From positions 2,376 to 66,375 of the forward strand of contig CAYSHC010000002.1 of NCBI GenBank assembly GCA_964430855.1: a DNA stretch of 64,000 bases. Reading direction: 5' to 3'. This stretch comes from an uncultured Vicinamibacteraceae bacterium (GTDB lineage Bacteria > Acidobacteriota > Vicinamibacteria > Vicinamibacterales > Vicinamibacteraceae). A program made the translations under genes and the position numbers. Positions 55,006-63,747 of the stretch are shown in pieces (positions within the stretch are counted from its first letter, which is position 1; the number at the start of each line of letters is the position of its first letter). Under the pieces are notes generated by a model that saw nothing but the letters and a program-made list of their open reading frames with translations, was not told the DNA's origin and did no database searches.

Positions 55006-56481
55006 ATGCACCAGCACGAGCCGATGGCAGGCGCCTCAGCGCCCTCGCCTCTTCCGCAACCCGAACCCGAGGTCGTTCGCGCGGGGCACCTCGCCCCGAT
55101 GCCCGTGCGCGACATGCCCGAGCCACTGCCGCTGCGACGGATCATCGGTCCCAGCGTCATCCTCGCCGGCCTCGGCGTCGGGTCCGGCGAATACATCATC
55201 TGGCCCTACATCACCGCGGCGATCGGTCCCATGTTCCTGTGGGCGGCGGTGATCAGCGTGACGGTGCAGTACTTCCTGAACATGGAAATCGAGCGCTACA
55301 CACTGGCGACGGGAGAGACCGCGATCGCCGGCTTCGTGCGCTCGTGGAAGCCGTGGGGCTGGCTCTTCTGCCTGTTCACGCTCATCCCGAACATGTGGCC
55401 GGGCTGGGCGACCGGCGGCGTCACCATCCTGACGTTTCTCATGGGCGGGGGCGACGTGGCGCTCATCACGATAGGCGTCATGATCGCGATCGGCATTGCC
55501 CTCACGATCTCGCCCGTCGTCTACCAGACGCTCGAGCGCGCGCAGTTCTTCAAGGTCGGCCTGACGCTGGTGTTCCTCTCGGTGGCGATCGCGGCGGCCA
55601 TCGGTCCCGAGACCTGGCGCGAGCTGCCGCAGGCGGTCACCAGCTTCGGCGTGCTTCCCGACGCGCTGCCCATCACGTTGCTGCTGAGCGGCCTCGTGTT
55701 TGCCGGCGCCGGCGGCGTGAACAACCTGGCCCAGAGCAACTGGATCCGCGACAAGGGCTTCGGGATGGGCGTCTACATCCCGCGCATCGTCTCGCCGATC
55801 ACCGGCGAGGAGGTGGCGGCCCCGACGACGGGCGTGATGATGCGCGCCGACGCGGCCAACGTCGAGCGGTTCCGCGTGTGGTGGCGCCGCGCGAATGTCG
55901 AGCAGTTCGTGAGCTTCTGGTTCATCTGCATCTTCTCGATCACGGTCTTCTCGATGCTGGCCTACGCCACCGTGGGCGGCCGCGTGATGGGCGAGCAGGC
56001 CAACCTGGCGTTCGTGCAGGCCGAGTCGCTCGTGCTGCGCGAGGTGGTGGCGCCGTGGTTCGGCACGTTCTTCCTCGTCTTCGGGTCGCTCTCGCTCATC
56101 CTCGTCGCGCTCGGCACCGTCGACTACATCGCCCGGATCGTGGCCGACATCATCAGGACGGTGTACGTGCCCGACAGCGCGCGGTGGACCGAAAGCCGCC
56201 TGTATTTCGCGATCGTGTGGGCGACCGTCATCGCGGGCTCGGTCATCCTGCTCTCGGGCTGGCAGCAGCCGCTCATCCTCCTCATGACCGCCGCGTGCCT
56301 GAACGGCCTGGTGATGGTGGTCTACTCGGTGCTCCTCATCCAGCTCAATCGGCGCGGGCTGCCGGCGCCGGTACGGGTCCGCGGCATGCGCCTTGCGATG
56401 CTCGTGTTCGCGACGGCCTTCTACGGATATTTCGGCGGCTGGTTCGTCATCGCCCAGGTTCGATCGGCGCTGGGGGGCTGA
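55006..56481 (+). CDS. Nramp-related (LeuT-fold) membrane transporter, non-canonical
   Basis: 491 aa, 11-12 TM. GPSVILAGLGVGSGEYIIWPY and later segments resemble Nramp-family annotations, but I see no DPGN or MPH motifs. Confidence 0.6.
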   Translation: MHQHEPMAGASAPSPLPQPEPEVVRAGHLAPMPVRDMPEPLPLRRIIGPSVILAGLGVGSGEYIIWPYITAAIGPMFLWAAVISVTVQYFLNMEIERYTLATGETAIAGFVRSWKPWGWLFCLFTLIPNMWPGWATGGVTILTFLMGGGDVALITIGVMIAIGIALTISPVVYQTLERAQFFKVGLTLVFLSVAIAAAIGPETWRELPQAVTSFGVLPDALPITLLLSGLVFAGAGGVNNLAQSNWIRDKGFGMGVYIPRIVSPITGEEVAAPTTGVMMRADAANVERFRVWWRRANVEQFVSFWFICIFSITVFSMLAYATVGGRVMGEQANLAFVQAESLVLREVVAPWFGTFFLVFGSLSLILVALGTVDYIARIVADIIRTVYVPDSARWTESRLYFAIVWATVIAGSVILLSGWQQPLILLMTAACLNGLVMVVYSVLLIQLNRRGLPAPVRVRGMRLAMLVFATAFYGYFGGWFVIAQVRSALGG

Positions 56482-57034
56482 GGCCGGGCGGGGGCGGGTA
56501 GGTGATTGTCGTCCCGTCGACGCGGGCAAACGACGTGAGGGCGTGCGGGCGTGCCGCCGTGGGGCTCGTGATGTCGGCGACGTCGAGGCCACCGACGATC
56601 AGGGCGTCGGCGATCAGCGACCGGTGGCAGCGCCAGGGCACCGCTTCGGCGCACATGCAGGCGATGGTCTCGCGGCGGGCGCGGGCGATGAGCTCGCCGA
56701 TCGCCGCGGCAAACGCCTCCGTCTGCATGTAGTCGGCGTAGCCGCGGAAGCTCGCGTTGCGCCAGCCCCCGTTGGGCGAGTCGGGCCGCGGGCGGCGCAG
56801 GCCGCCGAGCGCGGGCACGTGCTCGTAGGCGATGCCGCTCGCGCGCAGCGCCGGTGCGAGCGCGTCGCGGGCGAACTGCGGGTTGTGTCGCGACTTCGGC
56901 ACGGTCCGGACGTCGAGCAGCCGGGACACCCCGTGGCCGCGAAGCATGGCCAGGAACTCCTCGATGGGCCTCGTGGAGTGGCCGATCGTGTAGATCCGTC
57001 CCCTTGCGACAGGGTGGTCGTCGCTTGCCTGCAT
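56447..57034 (-). CDS. DUF488 family protein
   Basis: ATG at 57034. Contains IYTIGHSTRPIEEFL, LLDVRTVPKSRHNPQF and CMCAEAVPWRCHRSLIAD. Confidence 0.8.
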   Translation of the reverse strand: MQASDDHPVARGRIYTIGHSTRPIEEFLAMLRGHGVSRLLDVRTVPKSRHNPQFARDALAPALRASGIAYEHVPALGGLRRPRPDSPNGGWRNASFRGYADYMQTEAFAAAIGELIARARRETIACMCAEAVPWRCHRSLIADALIVGGLDVADITSPTAARPHALTSFARVDGTTITYPPPPGLSPPAPIEPGR

Positions 57035-57047
57035 GGACACGCTGCCG

Positions 57048-57776
57048 TCAGTCCCCAATCCCGCCGATCAGGATACGCAGGCCTCGTCCGCCCTCGCCGC
57101 GCTCGATGACCACGTAGCGTCCGCCGCCTTCGCCGCGCGCCGTGTACCGCAGCGACGCGAGGTTGCCGGCCTCGTCCCGCTGGACCTCGAGTTGGTCGAA
57201 CCACAGCCACTCCGGCTTCTCGCGGTTCGCCACCGTCCGGCTGTCGCCGGATGATGGAGGCAGCCGGATGCCGGCAGGGATGTCGGCCAGGGCGCGCGCC
57301 AGCACGAACGCCTCCTGCCAGTCGGCCTGGAAGATCGTGATGCCCTCCTCGACCCTGAGGTATCCGTCGAGGTCGTACTCGTGCCGCTCGTGGTGCGGCC
57401 GCAGGTCGGCACCCACCCTGGCGCGAGCGAGCGCGACATACCGCTCGAGCGGCATCGGGCGTGCCGGGGCGGGGTACCGGCTCAGATACCCGTCGAACAT
57501 GTAACCCGTCACGCCGCCCGCGTCGACCCTGGCCATGCCTCCGCTGAGGCCGTCTACCGTGACGCGGCGGTCGCTCGCGTCGTCGAGCAGCGTGACGGTG
57601 GTGCCGTAGGCCAGCGTGCCGAGAACGGGGGAGCCGGGATCCGGCCGCTCGCGCAGATGCAGGCCCGTCGGGGCGAGGACGTGCCGCAGTGCGCCGTCGC
57701 TCGCCGGTTGGGCCGCCGCGACCGACGTGGCGAGCACGAGAATGCCGGCCAGTCCGGCAAGCGGGCAGATCCTCAC
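57048..57776 (-). CDS. secreted SH3b-domain protein, otherwise uncharacterised
   Basis: Signal peptide ...LATSVAAAQ. GLHLRERPDPGSPVLGTLAYGTTVTLLDD is SH3_3-like. Confidence 0.6.
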   Translation of the reverse strand: MRICPLAGLAGILVLATSVAAAQPASDGALRHVLAPTGLHLRERPDPGSPVLGTLAYGTTVTLLDDASDRRVTVDGLSGGMARVDAGGVTGYMFDGYLSRYPAPARPMPLERYVALARARVGADLRPHHERHEYDLDGYLRVEEGITIFQADWQEAFVLARALADIPAGIRLPPSSGDSRTVANREKPEWLWFDQLEVQRDEAGNLASLRYTARGEGGGRYVVIERGEGGRGLRILIGGIGD

Positions 57777-57885
57777 AACCGGCTCCTTTCGATCGGGTCG
57801 CGGGCCTTACTGGCGACAACGACGCGGGCGCGACGGCGGAACGGCACTACACTCCCTGCCACACCCGCTGTCCTGAGGAGCCCAG

Positions 57886-58878
57886 ATGAACAGACGACGC
57901 TTTCTGCACTCGACGCTGGCCGTCGGCGCCGCGGCCGCCACGACGGCGACGCGCGTGGCCGCCCGTCAGGCGCCGCGCAGCCCGCAGCCGCCAGGTCCGC
58001 CGCTCCAGCAGTTCGACGCGCACGCCCCGCTCGTCATCGAGCGGCCGCGCCAGGGCAAGCCACGCGCCGGACAGGTGGTGGTGGCCGTCCAGCCCCACTC
58101 CGACGACATCCCGCTGTTTGCGGCAGGCACGGTCCTGAAGCTGGTCGACGAGGGCGCCACCGCGTACGTGATCCGCGTCACCAACGACGACATGGCGGGG
58201 CCCGGCTCGTATGCCGAGACCGTGATGGCCAACTGGCGCGACTCGGAGGCCGTGGGCAAGGCGCTCGGCGCGGTGCGCACCTTCAACCTCAACTACAACA
58301 ACCACATGATGGACAACATCGCGTGGGCCGAGCTGCGACAGCGGTTCATCTTCCTGTTCCGGCTGCTCAAGGCCGACGTCGTCGTCACCTACGACCCGTG
58401 GGCCGCGTACGAGGAGAACCCCGATCACGTCGTGACGAGCCGTTGCGTCGAGGCGGCGGCGTGGATGGCGGGCGGCGAGAAGGACTACCCCGAGCACTTC
58501 GCGGCAGGGCTCGCGCCGCACGCCGTCAGGGAGAAGTACTACTTCGCGCGCTTCCAGCAGCGCGTCAACCGCGTCGTGGACATCGGCCCGTGGGTCGAGC
58601 GCAAGATCGACGTCAACGTCGAGAATCGCGCGCAGGGACCGGCGGGAGAGAACGGCGAGCGCCTGAGGGCGCGGCTCGCCGCCGAAGGGCGGCGCCTGCC
58701 GCTGCTCGGCGACGATGCACGAACCGCCAACCGCGAGTACATCCGGCAGTTCGTCCTCGACCGCGACAGGAAGGCCGGCGCCCCGCACGGGCTCGCGTAC
58801 GCCGAGGCCTTCCACCACATCGTCACGCCTCCGAGCGCCGTCGCCGAGTACGTGCGCGAGCACGCCGTCGACAGGTAA
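57886..58878 (+). CDS. PIG-L/LmbE-family deacetylase with a twin-arginine signal
   Basis: Starts MNRRRFLHSTLAVGAAAA (Tat motif). Contains VAVQPHSDDIPLFAAG and NPDHV. Confidence 0.8.
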   Translation: MNRRRFLHSTLAVGAAAATTATRVAARQAPRSPQPPGPPLQQFDAHAPLVIERPRQGKPRAGQVVVAVQPHSDDIPLFAAGTVLKLVDEGATAYVIRVTNDDMAGPGSYAETVMANWRDSEAVGKALGAVRTFNLNYNNHMMDNIAWAELRQRFIFLFRLLKADVVVTYDPWAAYEENPDHVVTSRCVEAAAWMAGGEKDYPEHFAAGLAPHAVREKYYFARFQQRVNRVVDIGPWVERKIDVNVENRAQGPAGENGERLRARLAAEGRRLPLLGDDARTANREYIRQFVLDRDRKAGAPHGLAYAEAFHHIVTPPSAVAEYVREHAVDR

Positions 58879-58933
58879 CGCCCGGCGTACGCGTCTTGCC
58901 GTGGCCGCCGACTTCCGCCATGATGCGCGCACC

Positions 58934-59350
58934 ATGACAACCCTGACCCCGCAGGACGCGGAGCACCTGCGGCTGCTCGCGATCTTTCACTACGTGGTGG
59001 CGGGAATCACCGCGCTGTTCTCGCTCATCCCGATCGCCCACATCACGGTGGGCATCCTGATGGTCATGGGGAAGCTCGAGTCGGGCCCGGGCGACGCCAC
59101 GGAACCGGTCTGGATGGGATGGCTGTTCATCGCGATGGGCGGCGTCTGGATGGCCGCAGGGCTGGCGCTGGCCGTCTGCCTGGCGCTCGCGGGCCGGTAC
59201 CTGCGCCGGCGGGAGCACTACATGTTCTGCCTGGTCATCGCGTGCATCGCGTGCATCTTCACGCCGTTCGGCACGGTGCTCGGCATCTTCACGATCATCG
59301 TGCTGCTGCGGCAGTCGGTGAAGGACGCATTCGCAGCGGCGGCCGCCTGA
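58934..59350 (+). CDS. small membrane protein (3-4 TM), unknown function
   Basis: ATG at 58934. 138 aa, hydrophobic, high GC3. Confidence 0.6.
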   Translation: MTTLTPQDAEHLRLLAIFHYVVAGITALFSLIPIAHITVGILMVMGKLESGPGDATEPVWMGWLFIAMGGVWMAAGLALAVCLALAGRYLRRREHYMFCLVIACIACIFTPFGTVLGIFTIIVLLRQSVKDAFAAAAA

Positions 59351-59371
59351 GCCGCACGCGGGTGCGCGGGG

Positions 59372-59460
59372 TGGTGCCGAAGGCGGGGGTCGAACCCGCA
59401 CGATCCTTCCGGATCAACGGATTTTGAGTCCGTCGCGTCTGCCAGTTCCGCCACTTCGGC
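59372..59460 (-). tRNA. tRNA-Leu (anticodon CAA), CCA encoded
   Basis: Minus strand reads GCCGAAGTGGCGGAACTGGCAGACGCGACGGACTCAAAATCCGTTGATCCGGAAGGATCGTGCGGGTTCGACCCCCGCCTTCGGCACCA. It has a 7-bp acceptor stem, the anticodon loop CT-CAA-AA, a long variable arm and a GGTTCGA T-loop. Confidence 0.93.
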
Positions 59461-59515
59461 TCGGTCCCCCGGGCGGGGACGGGCGAGTATAGCAGGGCCA
59501 GGACGGCCGGAGACA

Positions 59516-59550
59516 GGCGGACGGCCCGGAGGCGGCGGACGGCCCGGAGG
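59516..59550. repeat. tandem direct repeat, 2 exact copies of GGCGGACGGCCCGGAGG (period 18) plus a degenerate upstream copy
   Basis: Exact copies at 59516-59532 and 59534-59550. GGACGGCCGGAG at about 59501 is a partial third copy. Confidence 0.6.
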
Positions 59551-59557
59551 GCCGTCC
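59537..59557 (-). terminator. perfect 9-bp GC hairpin immediately after the methyltransferase stop (no U-tract)
   Basis: GGACGGCCC-gga-GGGCCGTCC directly abuts the TAG stop at 59558-59560. Confidence 0.35.
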
Positions 59558-60154
59558 CTACCGGATCGTCCAGAGGTACAGCGTGCGGCTCGTGCCGTTG
59601 CTGTCGGTGAAGGTCTCCACCTTCTCGGGCTCCCAGTCGCCCATGCCGAACTGGTGCGAGACGATGCGCGCGCCGGGTTTGAGCTGCGAGGTCAGCTTCG
59701 GCCGCAGCTTCGCGTTCGATGACGACAGCAGGTACAGCGTCACGACGGTCGCCTCCGAGATGTCCGCCTCGAGGGCATCCTGGAGCCGGAACTCCACCTT
59801 GTCGGCCACGCCTGCCGCCTTCGCGTTGGCGCGCCCCTCCTCGATGCGCTGCGGGTCGATGTCGATGCCCACACCGCGCGCGCCGAGCTTCGCCGCGGCG
59901 ATCACCAGGCGCCCGTCCCCCGACCCCAGATCGTAGACCACGTCGCCAGACTTGACCCCGGCCAGGCTGAGCATCCGCTCCACGACGTCCTGCGGCGTCG
60001 GCACGAAGGGCGCGAGGCTGTCGCCCCGCGGACGACGGCCCTGCCAGGCCGCGAGCGGCGTCGACAGCGCCAGCGACGAGCCCCCGAGGGCGAGGCCCAG
60101 CCGGAGCAGCGCGCGCCGGGTCAGGCCCGGATGACCGGTACGACGATTCGTCAT
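59558..60154 (-). CDS. class I SAM-dependent methyltransferase with a twin-arginine signal peptide
   Basis: ATG at 60154 follows GGGAGG at a spacing of 5 nt. TRRALLRLGLALGGSSLALS is a Tat-like signal. VYDLGSGDGRLVIAAAKLG (motif I) and GIDIDP (motif II) are present. Confidence 0.8.
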   Translation of the reverse strand: MTNRRTGHPGLTRRALLRLGLALGGSSLALSTPLAAWQGRRPRGDSLAPFVPTPQDVVERMLSLAGVKSGDVVYDLGSGDGRLVIAAAKLGARGVGIDIDPQRIEEGRANAKAAGVADKVEFRLQDALEADISEATVVTLYLLSSSNAKLRPKLTSQLKPGARIVSHQFGMGDWEPEKVETFTDSNGTSRTLYLWTIR

Positions 60155-60410
60155 CTCACCTCCCACGCGGGCATTGTAGCCGCCCGCCGCGGCCGCCGCA
60201 GACCTCCCGGCAGCAGCCGCGTTTCAGACGCCGCCACCGGCCGTTCAGTTGGCCGTCGGCGCCGGAATCCGGGCGCCATTCGCGCCAAACCCCGGCCAGC
60301 CGGGCCATTCATGGCCGCGATAGGCCATTTCTGGGCTATAATCGAAAAGGTTTCTCGGCAAGACGACTTCTGCAGTGCCTTCCCTGCAACATCCGGAGAG
60401 AGGGGTGCCC

Positions 60411-61025
60411 GTGACATTCCAGGTCGGTGACAAGGTCATTTACCCAAATCATGGTCTCGGCGTCGTCGAAAGTATCGAGACCAAGACGATTCTGGGGACG
60501 ATGTGCGACTTCTACCAGTTGCGCATGGTCGCCAACGAGACGACGGTGCTCGTCCCGGTCAGCAATGTCGAGAGTGTCGGGCTGCGGCGCGCGGTGTGTG
60601 ACAGCGAAATCGAGCGGCTGTACTGCCTCCTCTCCGATGGCAAGATCGACAGTCACCAGAACTGGAAGGGCCGCTTCAAGGACAACTCGGATCGGATGCG
60701 CACGGGCTCGGTCTACGACGTGGTCGAAGTCCTCAAGAGCCTGATGTACCTCAGCAAGTCGAAGAACCTCTCGTTCCGCGAGAAGCGGATGCTCGACCGC
60801 GCCCGCTTCCTCGTCATCTCGGAGATCTCCGAGGTGACCGACCAGCCGATGGAGGAAGTCGAGAAGCGCGTCGACGAAGCGCTCGAGGCGTGCTTCAAGG
60901 CCAAGGAGGCTGCCGCCGCCCGGGCCGCCAAGCGCGCGTCGACGGCCGCGGCCGCCAAGGCCAGCACCGTCAAGGTGACGACCGCCTCGCGCGCGTCCGC
61001 GCGCCGCGCCATGCAGGCCAACTAG
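60411..61025 (+). CDS. carD: CarD-family RNA polymerase-binding transcriptional regulator with an Ala/Lys-rich C-terminal extension
   Basis: GTG at 60411 (or 60405) follows GGAGAGAGGGG. FQVGDKVIYPNHGLGVVESIE (Tudor-like RID) and ...NWKGRFKDN... are present. Confidence 0.87.
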   Translation: MTFQVGDKVIYPNHGLGVVESIETKTILGTMCDFYQLRMVANETTVLVPVSNVESVGLRRAVCDSEIERLYCLLSDGKIDSHQNWKGRFKDNSDRMRTGSVYDVVEVLKSLMYLSKSKNLSFREKRMLDRARFLVISEISEVTDQPMEEVEKRVDEALEACFKAKEAAAARAAKRASTAAAAKASTVKVTTASRASARRAMQAN

Positions 61026-61069
61026 CCCGGCCCGCACATTCGTTTTCGAAGGACTGCCGAGACCCCGAC

Positions 61070-61111
61070 CGAAGCCCGGCGCCCCACGAGGGCGGCCGGG
61101 CTTCGTCGTTT
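61070..61111 (+). terminator. Rho-independent terminator after carD
   Basis: CGAAGCCCGGC...GCCGGGCTTCG forms an 11-bp stem, extendable with one bulge, followed by TCGTTT. Confidence 0.55.
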
Positions 61112-61127
61112 ATGATCCCGCCGCATC

Positions 61128-61868
61128 GTGTCCACACTGCTCGCCGCCCTCCGCTCCGCCATCGCCTACCTGTTCGTCTCGACCTGGGTGCTCGTCATCG
61201 GTACGCCGGCCCTCATCGTCGGCATCCTCACGGGCGCGCAGCGCCACCTGTTCTGGCTCGGCATCCTGTGCGTCCGCATCGCGATGGCGATTGTCGGCAT
61301 CCGGACGGTGGTGGTGGGCCGCGAGCACATCCAGCGCCACCGCGCCGCGCTCTACTGCGTCAACCACGCAAGCAACGTCGAGCCGCCGATCCTGTTTGCC
61401 GTGCTCCGCGAGCTCACGCCCGGGTTGAAGGTCGTCTACAAGGCGGTGCTGCGGAAGCTTCCCATCCTTGGACGGGGCTTCGACGTCGTCGGTTTCGTGC
61501 CCATCGAGCGCGAGAATCGCGAGCGTGCGACGCAGGCCATCGAGAAGGGCGTCGAGACCGTCCGCCAGGGCGCCTCGCTGCTGATGTTCCCCGAGGGCAC
61601 GCGCAGCCGGACGGGCGAGCTGCTGCCCTTCAAGCGGGGCGCGTTCGTCCTCGCGATCAAGGGCCAGGTGCCGGTGGTGCCGATGGCCATCCACGGGGCC
61701 GGCCGCGCGATGCGGAAGGGGAGCCCGCTCATCTGGCCGACGGTCGTGCGGGTGCACATCGGAGCCCCCGTCGAGACGACGGGCCTGACCGTGGACGACC
61801 GGCAGGAGCTCGCGACGCGCGTGCGCGACCGGGTGGCCGAGCTGCTCGCGCAGGCGGCCGCCGGGTGA
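61128..61868 (+). CDS. plsC: 1-acyl-sn-glycerol-3-phosphate acyltransferase
   Basis: Contains an N-terminal TM, VNHASNVE (NHxxxxD/E box) and FPEGTRSRTG. Confidence 0.87.
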   Translation: MSTLLAALRSAIAYLFVSTWVLVIGTPALIVGILTGAQRHLFWLGILCVRIAMAIVGIRTVVVGREHIQRHRAALYCVNHASNVEPPILFAVLRELTPGLKVVYKAVLRKLPILGRGFDVVGFVPIERENRERATQAIEKGVETVRQGASLLMFPEGTRSRTGELLPFKRGAFVLAIKGQVPVVPMAIHGAGRAMRKGSPLIWPTVVRVHIGAPVETTGLTVDDRQELATRVRDRVAELLAQAAAG

Positions 61869-61906
61869 GGTGACGGGTCGGCCACCCGGCGACGCCGACC
61901 TGCCGT

Positions 61907-62521
61907 ATGCTGTTGCCGGCACCCGTCATGGAACTGCTCGCCGCGCTGGGGCGCACGTTCGGGTTCTCGCTGGCGGCCGGCGTCAACCTCTACGCCACCG
62001 TCGCCATCCTCGGCCTGGCCGCGCGCTACGAGTGGGTCTCGCTGCCAGAGCAGTTCCGCCTCTTCGACAACTCCTGGGTGATCTACACGGCCCTGGCGCT
62101 GTATGTCGTCGAGTTCATCGCCGACAAGGTGCCGTGGCTCGACACCATCTGGGACGGCATCCATACCGCCATCCGGCCGCTCGGCGGCGCGCTCGTCGCC
62201 GTGACGACGCTCGGCGAGGCGTCGCCGGCGATGCAGGGGGCTGTCGCCATCCTCGGCGGCGGCATCGCCGCGTCGAGCCATGCGACCAAGGCCACGGCGC
62301 GCGTCACCGCCAATGCGAGCCCTGAGCCGTTCTCGAACTGGGCCCTGAGCCTCGGCGAGGACGCGTTTGTCATCGGCATCGCGCTCGTGGCGATCGAGTA
62401 CCCGCTGCTGTCGCTCGGCGTGGTGCTGCTGACCCTGCTGGTCCTGGTCTACGTGCTGCTGCGGCTGCTGCGGTTCATCCGCAGGCGCCTCTTCGGCACC
62501 CCGCCCGCCCACGTCGTCTGA
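61907..62521 (+). CDS. DUF4126-family membrane protein
   Basis: SLAAGVNLYATVAILGLA...VVEFIADKVPWLDTIWD matches the DUF4126 pattern. An alternative start is ATG at 61928. Confidence 0.72.
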   Translation: MLLPAPVMELLAALGRTFGFSLAAGVNLYATVAILGLAARYEWVSLPEQFRLFDNSWVIYTALALYVVEFIADKVPWLDTIWDGIHTAIRPLGGALVAVTTLGEASPAMQGAVAILGGGIAASSHATKATARVTANASPEPFSNWALSLGEDAFVIGIALVAIEYPLLSLGVVLLTLLVLVYVLLRLLRFIRRRLFGTPPAHVV

Positions 62522-62562
62522 GGCCGGCACGCCGCGCGCACGTCCGCGGCCCGTCGGGTCGG

Positions 62563-63708
62563 CTAGCCGCCGACGGTGAAGCGCAGCGTCCACGGCGCCA
62601 GCGGCTGGCCTTCCGTCGACGTGATGCCCTCGCCGAGCACCACCTCCACGGTGCGAAACCGCTCCAGCGGCGCCTTGAAGGTCAGTTCCAGCACGCGCCG
62701 GCCGGCGTCGTAGCTCGCGGTGAAGTCCAGCGACGGCACCTGCGCCTCGCCCCGCTCGACCGACTCCTGTGGCAGGTAGCGGACGCGGACGTTCCCCTTG
62801 AACGAGTCGGCATTCATGTCGCGGGAGAACTGGACGCGCACGGAGGCGTTCGGGCGGACGTCGAACTCGTCGCTCGTGGGCGCGCTGAACACCACGGTGG
62901 GGGCTGGCGGCGGTGGCAGCGGCGCCGTCAGTTCCGTGTCCGGTTCCTCCACGGGCGCGGCGGAGCGAATGTCCGTCGCCTCGATCCAGGTAAGGCCGCG
63001 GCCCGTCCGCACCTCGCCCTCCACCTCGAGCCAGCGGCCCGTGTCGGTGCGGCGATCCACGCGGAGCTCCATGCCATCGACGCGGGGGCGGCGGCCGACC
63101 ACCCACACCGACGCGTCGGCGAGCTGGAGGATGAAGTCGTACGGGCTGCGCCCTGGTGCGGCAGGCTGATCGCCGAACAGGTTGCGTCCGCGGAAGCGGC
63201 CCGCCACGACCACCGTCTCGCCGTCGAATCCCTCGGGCGACAGCGCGAGCGCCCGCAGCGTCAGCGGCTGCCGGCCTTCGGACCGCGTCACCTCCTCGGT
63301 CGCCACGACGAGCAGCTCGCCAGGGGCGGGCCAGTCACGATTGAGCACCTTCTGCGACAGCGCGGCGAGGCCGTACGTGGCGACGCGGCTGTCGTCTTCG
63401 GTGAGCCTCCCGACGTCGAGGAACGTGCCGAGGACCTCGACGTCGCCGTCGGCGCTGCCGAGCGCGGCATCGCCGATGAGCAGCACGCGCGCCGGGCCCG
63501 CGATGAGGGCCGCGCCGACGTCGTCGGTCACCAGCCGGCCGCGCAGGCGCACCGGCTGGAGGTGGTAGAAGGCGGGGTAGAGCGTCAGCGCCTCGACCGT
63601 CGCGGCGCGCCGTCCGCCTGGCACGTCCGCGCGAATCTGCGCGTGCGTGGGCCAGGCCGCCAGGGCCGTGGCCAGCGCGAGCCATGCGACTGCACAACGG
63701 CGGAGCAT
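62563..63708 (-). CDS. secreted protein with a C-terminal SbsA/Big_5-type Ig-like domain
   Basis: ATG at 63708. Signal peptide MLRRCAVAWLALATALAAWPTHA. C-terminal ...VVFSAPTSDEFDVRPNASVRVQFSRDMNADSF...LELTFKAPLERFRTVEVVLGEGITSTEGQPL. Confidence 0.6.
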   Translation of the reverse strand: MLRRCAVAWLALATALAAWPTHAQIRADVPGGRRAATVEALTLYPAFYHLQPVRLRGRLVTDDVGAALIAGPARVLLIGDAALGSADGDVEVLGTFLDVGRLTEDDSRVATYGLAALSQKVLNRDWPAPGELLVVATEEVTRSEGRQPLTLRALALSPEGFDGETVVVAGRFRGRNLFGDQPAAPGRSPYDFILQLADASVWVVGRRPRVDGMELRVDRRTDTGRWLEVEGEVRTGRGLTWIEATDIRSAAPVEEPDTELTAPLPPPPAPTVVFSAPTSDEFDVRPNASVRVQFSRDMNADSFKGNVRVRYLPQESVERGEAQVPSLDFTASYDAGRRVLELTFKAPLERFRTVEVVLGEGITSTEGQPLAPWTLRFTVGG

Positions 63709-63747
63709 CGGGTCAATCGTACCCTGCGGCGCGCTACAATCTGCGCC

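Noticed and set aside
59372-59460. tRNA-Leu as an integration site for a genomic island
   Set aside because: There is no integrase, transposase or phage gene on either side. I did not see a duplicated copy of the tRNA 3' end nearby. Flanking genes have the same GC and codon style as the rest of the window.
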